Assembly (NCBI GenBank): GCA_964624645.1
Contig: CAZVAD010000001.1
Coordinates: 11,394 to 75,393, forward strand
DNA: 64,000 nucleotides
From: an uncultured Mariniphaga sp.
GTDB lineage: Bacteria > Bacteroidota > Bacteroidia > Bacteroidales > Prolixibacteraceae
Direction of reading: 5' to 3'
The notes under the pieces are model-generated. The model was given only the letters and a program-made list of their open reading frames with translations, made no database searches and had not been told where the DNA came from. Made by a program: the position numbers and the translations under genes. Within the stretch, counting starts at the first letter, position 1, and every line of letters begins with the position of its first letter. Below are positions 58,503 to 64,000 of the stretch, one piece after another.

Positions 58503-58567
58503 AAGTGTTTCAACCTGATTCACTTTTCAATTTTAACAAAAGATTAAATAATCAGATTAAAACACTT
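58503..58567 (-). terminator. long interrupted inverted repeat acting as the probable gdhA terminator
   Basis: 18-nt arms (AAGTGTTTCAACCTGATT / AATCAGATTAAAACACTT) that are complementary at 16 of 18 positions, with a 29-nt spacer. On the minus strand it is followed by TTTTATTTTTGT. Confidence 0.45.
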
Positions 58568-58594
58568 GACAAACATAATGTTGCGACAGCAAAT

Positions 58595-59938
58595 TCAGAC
58601 GATTCCCTGATCAAGCATGGCATCCGCCACTTTTACAAAGCCTCCGATGTTTGCGCCTTTAACGTAGTTTATTTTATTTTTTTGACCTGATGTTACGCCA
58701 TAGTTAACACAAGTGGTATGGATGTTCTCCATAATGTCTTTCAGGCGTTCGTCCACTTCTTCACTTTTCCAGTTGATGCGCATACTGTTTTGTGACATTT
58801 CAAGGCCTGAAACGGAAACACCACCGGCATTTACCGCCTTTCCGGGAGCAAAAACAATATTCTCCGAAAGGTATTCCGCTGCATCGGCAGTTGTTCCCAT
58901 ATTGGAAACCTCAGCCACCATAAAGCAGTTGTTTTTTACCAACTGTTTTGCATCGTCAATGTTCAGCTCGTTTTGGGTTGCGCAGGGCATAGCTACATTT
59001 AAGGGAACCTCCCAGGGTTTTTTCCCGGGGATAAATTTCGCGCCAAACTGCAGGGCATACGGTTCAACAATATCGTTGTTGGAGGCTCTCAGTTCCAGCA
59101 GGTAGTCCACTTTTTCACCTTTGACTCCGTCAGCATCGTAGATATATCCATCCGGGCCTGAAATGGTGACTACTTTTCCGCCTAATTCGTTGATTTTTGC
59201 TACTGTTCCCCAGGCAACGTTTCCAAATCCAGAAACGCCAAAAGTGAGCCCCTCAATATCTTTCCCAATTTTTTTCAGCATGTGCTGAACGAAATAAACC
59301 GCGCCATAGCCGGTTGCTTCCGGACGGATCAGGCTTCCGCCCCAGCCAAGTCCTTTGCCGGTGAAAACTCCCGTAAATTCATTGCTGAGCCTTTTGTAAT
59401 GGCCAAAAAGATAGCCGATTTCGCGTTTCCCAACGCCAATGTCACCGGCAGGAATATCCGTATTATGGCCGATGTGCCTGAAAAGTTCATTCATAAACGA
59501 TTGGCAGAAATGCATGATTTCCCTGTCCGATTTTCCTTTCGGACTAAAATCGGAGCCACCTTTTCCGCCACCCATCGGTAGCGTGGTGAGGCTGTTTTTG
59601 AAAGTTTGTTCAAAACCAAGAAATTTCAGAATGCTCAGATTCACGCTCGGATGAAATCTGATGCCTCCCTTGTAGGGCCCCAATGCGGAATTAAATTGAA
59701 TCCGGTATCCGCGGTTTACCTGAACTTCCCCTTTGTCGTCAATCCAGGGGACACGGAAAATAACAGTGCGTTCAGGCTCCACCATTCTTTCAAGAATTTT
59801 TGCACGCTGATATTGCGGCTTTTGCACATAGTACTCCCAGACTGATTCAACTACTTCTTCCACAGCCTGATGAAATTCAATTTCGCCGGGTGTGCCATGC
59901 TCTATTTTTGCAAGAAACTCGTTTATGGATGCTGCCAT
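58595..59938 (-). CDS. gdhA: NADP-specific glutamate dehydrogenase
   Basis: Catalytic motif LPMGGGKGGSDF and Rossmann GFGNVAWG. Length is 447 aa. Confidence 0.95.
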   Translation of the reverse strand: MAASINEFLAKIEHGTPGEIEFHQAVEEVVESVWEYYVQKPQYQRAKILERMVEPERTVIFRVPWIDDKGEVQVNRGYRIQFNSALGPYKGGIRFHPSVNLSILKFLGFEQTFKNSLTTLPMGGGKGGSDFSPKGKSDREIMHFCQSFMNELFRHIGHNTDIPAGDIGVGKREIGYLFGHYKRLSNEFTGVFTGKGLGWGGSLIRPEATGYGAVYFVQHMLKKIGKDIEGLTFGVSGFGNVAWGTVAKINELGGKVVTISGPDGYIYDADGVKGEKVDYLLELRASNNDIVEPYALQFGAKFIPGKKPWEVPLNVAMPCATQNELNIDDAKQLVKNNCFMVAEVSNMGTTADAAEYLSENIVFAPGKAVNAGGVSVSGLEMSQNSMRINWKSEEVDERLKDIMENIHTTCVNYGVTSGQKNKINYVKGANIGGFVKVADAMLDQGIV

Positions 59939-59966
59939 CTTTGTTTTATGTTTAAAATATTTTGAG

Positions 59967-59974
59967 CAAATTTA
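59967..59974 (-). promoter_or_regulatory. -7 box (TAAATTTG) for gdhA
   Basis: Exact TAnnTTTG 29 nt upstream of the ATG. Confidence 0.45.
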
Positions 59975-60100
59975 GAGAAGTATATAAAAATGTATTCATA
60001 TGACAGTGAATTCAATTAAATATTAATTTTTTTATAACTAACGGTTTGAAAGGAAACCGGATGAAAATCTTTTAATTCAGTATGATTTATAGCTGTTTTG

Positions 60101-60138
60101 CAGAAAAAAGAAAGCCCTCCCGGAACCGGGAAGGCTTT
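60101..60138 (-). terminator. intrinsic terminator after groEL
   Basis: On the minus strand, AAAGCCTTCCCGG TT CCGGGAGGGCTTT has one mismatch and is followed by CTTTTTTCTG. Confidence 0.65.
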
Positions 60139-60166
60139 CAATATATTAGTTATTCTTTGTGTTATT

Positions 60167-61813
<1,647 letters not shown>

Positions 61814-61836
61814 TTAATATTTATGAAGTTGTTAAA

Positions 61837-62115
61837 TTATGCAATATATAATACGTCGGATTGCGACATCAGCAAATAATCTTCTCCGTCAATCTGCAAT
61901 TCGGTGCCGGAATACTTCCCGTAAACTACAACATCGCCCACTTTAAGTTCCATGGGCTCATCTTTTTTGTCACCTCCTGTCAGAACTACTGTTCCCTGCT
62001 GTGGTTTTTCCTTTGCTGAATCGGGGATGATTATCCCGCTTTGTGTTTTTTCTTCGGCTTCCTGGGGTTGAACCAAAATTTTGCCGGCCAGAATTTTACC
62101 TTTTAGTTTTGCCAT
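61837..62115 (-). CDS. groS: co-chaperonin GroES
   Basis: 92 aa with the pattern KTQSGIIIPDSAKEKPQQGTVV. It lies directly upstream of groEL. Confidence 0.95.
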   Translation of the reverse strand: MAKLKGKILAGKILVQPQEAEEKTQSGIIIPDSAKEKPQQGTVVLTGGDKKDEPMELKVGDVVVYGKYSGTELQIDGEDYLLMSQSDVLYIA

Positions 62116-62351
62116 TGTCTCTACATTTTAATTTTAAATTATTAAACATTTAATAAAAATCGAACAAGGATTTATCATATTTTATACCAAACGGAAATGC
62201 CATGTGTTTTTCAGACATTAAAAGACAAAATTTCACTCCGGATGAAGCCTTAAATATTGAAATTTAATCTAATTGCCTGCTTATCAGTGGAAAGCAGTGT
62301 TTTAGGAGTGTTCTGACAGGGTGGCAGGAAAATTCCCGAAACTGACCACTT

Positions 62352-63329
62352 TTACTTAAAGTGATAATTTTGAATATCCCTGAATCCACGTAGAAAATCG
62401 GCAACAGCCATCCGTTTTTTGCCTGAAAGCTGAATGTCGGTGATTCCGAGCCATCCATCAGCGCCTGCGATATTCAGATAGTTTTCACCATTTGAGTCGA
62501 TGGCGCCGGGGGCGGCAGTTTCCCGGGAAATGGCCGGTTGTGCAAAAAATATTTTGCAAACGGTGGTTTGTCCGCTTTCTTTGTGAACCAGGTTTGTCCA
62601 TGCTGCGGGGTAAGGGGACAACCCGCGGATCAGATTGCGTATGCTGCCGGTTTCCTTGTTCCAGTCAATTTTGGTGTCCTCTTTAAATATTTTTGGCGCT
62701 GGTTTCAGTGCTCCGTTTTGAATCAGCTCATTTTGTGCAACAGGTTTCGCGTTTCCCTGTGCAATGGCTTCCACTGTTTTAAGCACCAATCCGGAGCCGA
62801 TTTCCATCAGGCGGTCATGCAGTATGCCCACCGTATCATCTTTGCCAATCGGGATTTCCTGTTTGAAAAGAATGTTGCCGGTGTCAATTTCATGGGCTAA
62901 CATAAAAGTGGTAACGCCGGTTTTTGTCTCCCCGTTGATGATTGCCCAGTTGAGCGGTGCGGCTCCCCGGTATTGAGGCAACAGCGATGCGTGCAGGTTG
63001 AAGGTGCCGAAACGGGGCATGTCCCACACGACTTCCGGCAACATGCGGAAAGCAACCACGATTTGTAAATCCGCCTTCAATGATTTGAGCTCATCCAGAA
63101 ACTGAGGAGCTTTCAGTTTTTCAGGCTGTAATATTTTCAGCTTGTTTCTGACGGCATATTTTTTAATTGCCGGTTCAGTGATTTTTTTTCCGCGCCCGGC
63201 CGGTTTGTCGGGTGCAGTGATAACCCCCACAATGTTATAGCCGTTTTCGACCAGCGCCTGCAAGCTGGGCACTGCAAAATCGGGCGTGCCCATGAAAACT
63301 ATCCGGAGATCTTTACCTGTCATATCCAT
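62352..63329 (-). CDS. fmt: methionyl-tRNA formyltransferase
   Basis: LRIVFMGTPDFAVPSL and the formyltransferase motif NLHASLLPQYRGAAPL. Confidence 0.92.
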   Translation of the reverse strand: MDMTGKDLRIVFMGTPDFAVPSLQALVENGYNIVGVITAPDKPAGRGKKITEPAIKKYAVRNKLKILQPEKLKAPQFLDELKSLKADLQIVVAFRMLPEVVWDMPRFGTFNLHASLLPQYRGAAPLNWAIINGETKTGVTTFMLAHEIDTGNILFKQEIPIGKDDTVGILHDRLMEIGSGLVLKTVEAIAQGNAKPVAQNELIQNGALKPAPKIFKEDTKIDWNKETGSIRNLIRGLSPYPAAWTNLVHKESGQTTVCKIFFAQPAISRETAAPGAIDSNGENYLNIAGADGWLGITDIQLSGKKRMAVADFLRGFRDIQNYHFK

Positions 63330-63462
63330 ATTTTAGTGTAAAGTTAAAAAATCGGCAATGAATAAAGAATGATTTTTTGCAAGGACGGCGTGTTAAGTAT
63401 CTATTGCCCTGTTATTCCGGCAATTACAGCCAGTAATTTTTGTGCGGTGAAAGATGGGAAAG

Positions 63463-63500
63463 TTCACAAAAAGGGAGCATGGATTTTTCCACGCTCCTTT
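63463..63500 (-). terminator. intrinsic terminator after tRNA-Pro
   Basis: On the minus strand, GGAGCGTGGA AAAA TCCATGCTCC has one mismatch and is followed by CTTTTTGTG. Confidence 0.55.
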
Positions 63501-63508
63501 TTCAGGTG

Positions 63509-63582
63509 TCGGGGTAGCCGGATTTGAACCGACGACCTCGTCGTCCCGAACGACGCGCGCTACCGGACTGCGCTATACCCCG
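63509..63582 (-). tRNA. tRNA-Pro (anticodon CGG)
   Basis: Hand-folded cloverleaf. Acceptor stem CGGGGTA/TACCCCG, D arm GCGC-AGTCCGGTA-GCGC, anticodon arm CGTCG-TTCGGGA-CGACG, and T arm GTCGG-TTCAAAT-CCGGC. 74 nt, with no encoded CCA. Confidence 0.9.
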
Positions 63583-63639
63583 CAAAATGTCAGATTGAAC
63601 GTTTCCCTGCCGGGATTTCCACATTTTTTTAAAACGGTG

Positions 63640-63647
63640 CAAATTTA
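63640..63647 (-). promoter_or_regulatory. candidate -7 box (TAAATTTG) for tRNA-Pro
   Basis: Exact TAnnTTTG 58 nt upstream of the mature 5' end. Confidence 0.35.
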
Positions 63648-63717
63648 AACTTTTTTGGATAAACAGAAACTATTATTCAGCAAAAGTGAATGTCTGTTTT
63701 TATAAACTGCTGGAAAA

Positions 63718-64000
63718 TTACCGGTTAATTCTTCCGCGGGTGAATGAAAAGTATATTCCCGTACTGCTTATCAGGGTGAAACTCAAAAATCCCCACTTCA
63801 TGGTTTTCAAAAACAATTCGGCAGAAATGGCTTCAATGGCCTGATTGCCGATTATTCCCGCAAAGAAAAGTGTAGCCACTGTCATGCTCACAATCTGTCC
63901 GACTACCCGCATGGTGGCGGCTGTGCCGGATGCGATTCCCAATTGGTTTTTCTGCACGGAGCTCATAATGGTGTTCATGTTCGGCGAAGAGAAAAAGGCA
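63718..64000 (-). CDS. MFS transporter, C-terminal part (5' end lies outside the window)
   Basis: The frame stays open to the window edge (AFFSSPNMNTIMSSV...). The pattern LGIASGTAATMRVVGQ is typical of late TM helices in drug:H+ antiporter-type MFS proteins. Confidence 0.65.
   Translation of the reverse strand, partial: AFFSSPNMNTIMSSVQKNQLGIASGTAATMRVVGQIVSMTVATLFFAGIIGNQAIEAISAELFLKTMKWGFLSFTLISSTGIYFSFTRGRINR

Noticed and set aside
62116-62351. I looked for a CIRCE/HrcA operator (TTAGCACTC-N9-GAGTGCTAA) or an exact TAnnTTTG box upstream of groES.
   Set aside because: Neither motif is present. Only a partial AAATTTTG and a weak 6-bp hairpin were seen, so nothing can be called.

Overview
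This 64-kb window looks like a core chromosomal region of a Bacteroidota (Bacteroidia-type) genome. Four things support that: a fused lpxC-fabZ gene flanked by lpxD and lpxA; TonB-dependent receptors with CarboxypepD_reg N-termini; a Rho factor with a large N-terminal insertion; and A-rich, non-Shine-Dalgarno start contexts with many exact TAnnTTTG -7 boxes just upstream of genes. I call about 52 CDS and 2 tRNAs (Ser-GGA, Pro-CGG).

The content is mostly housekeeping:
- lipid A synthesis: lpxD, lpxC-fabZ, lpxA
- thiL
- SUF Fe-S assembly: sufBCD, sufS, sufE, DUF59
- queG
- pyruvate:ferredoxin oxidoreductase
- rho
- 2-oxoglutarate dehydrogenase E1 and E2
- glyA
- a biotin-dependent acyl-CoA carboxylase operon
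- a MATE efflux pump
- ExbB/ExbD
- tatD, gdhA, groES/groEL, fmt

I saw no transposase, integrase, phage genes, CRISPR array or recognisable defence genes, and I cannot point to a clearly novel system.

The loci most worth follow-up are:
1. An operon of three exported enzymes (PIG-L deacetylase plus two TAT-signal TIM barrels) convergent with a Gfo/Idh/MocA oxidoreductase.
2. An AT-rich block with two orphan membrane-anchored proteins and a stand-alone Wzy_C/O-antigen-ligase-family protein.
3. A SUF locus split by an internal terminator, with an SBF-like transporter start-coupled to sufS and a triple GAAATTTGC repeat before sufE.
4. A PAS-LuxR regulator with two SusD-less TonB-dependent receptors and an orphan secreted protein.
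5. The Rho insertion and its C-rich leader.

All functional calls come from motifs read in the supplied translations. No database search was run.
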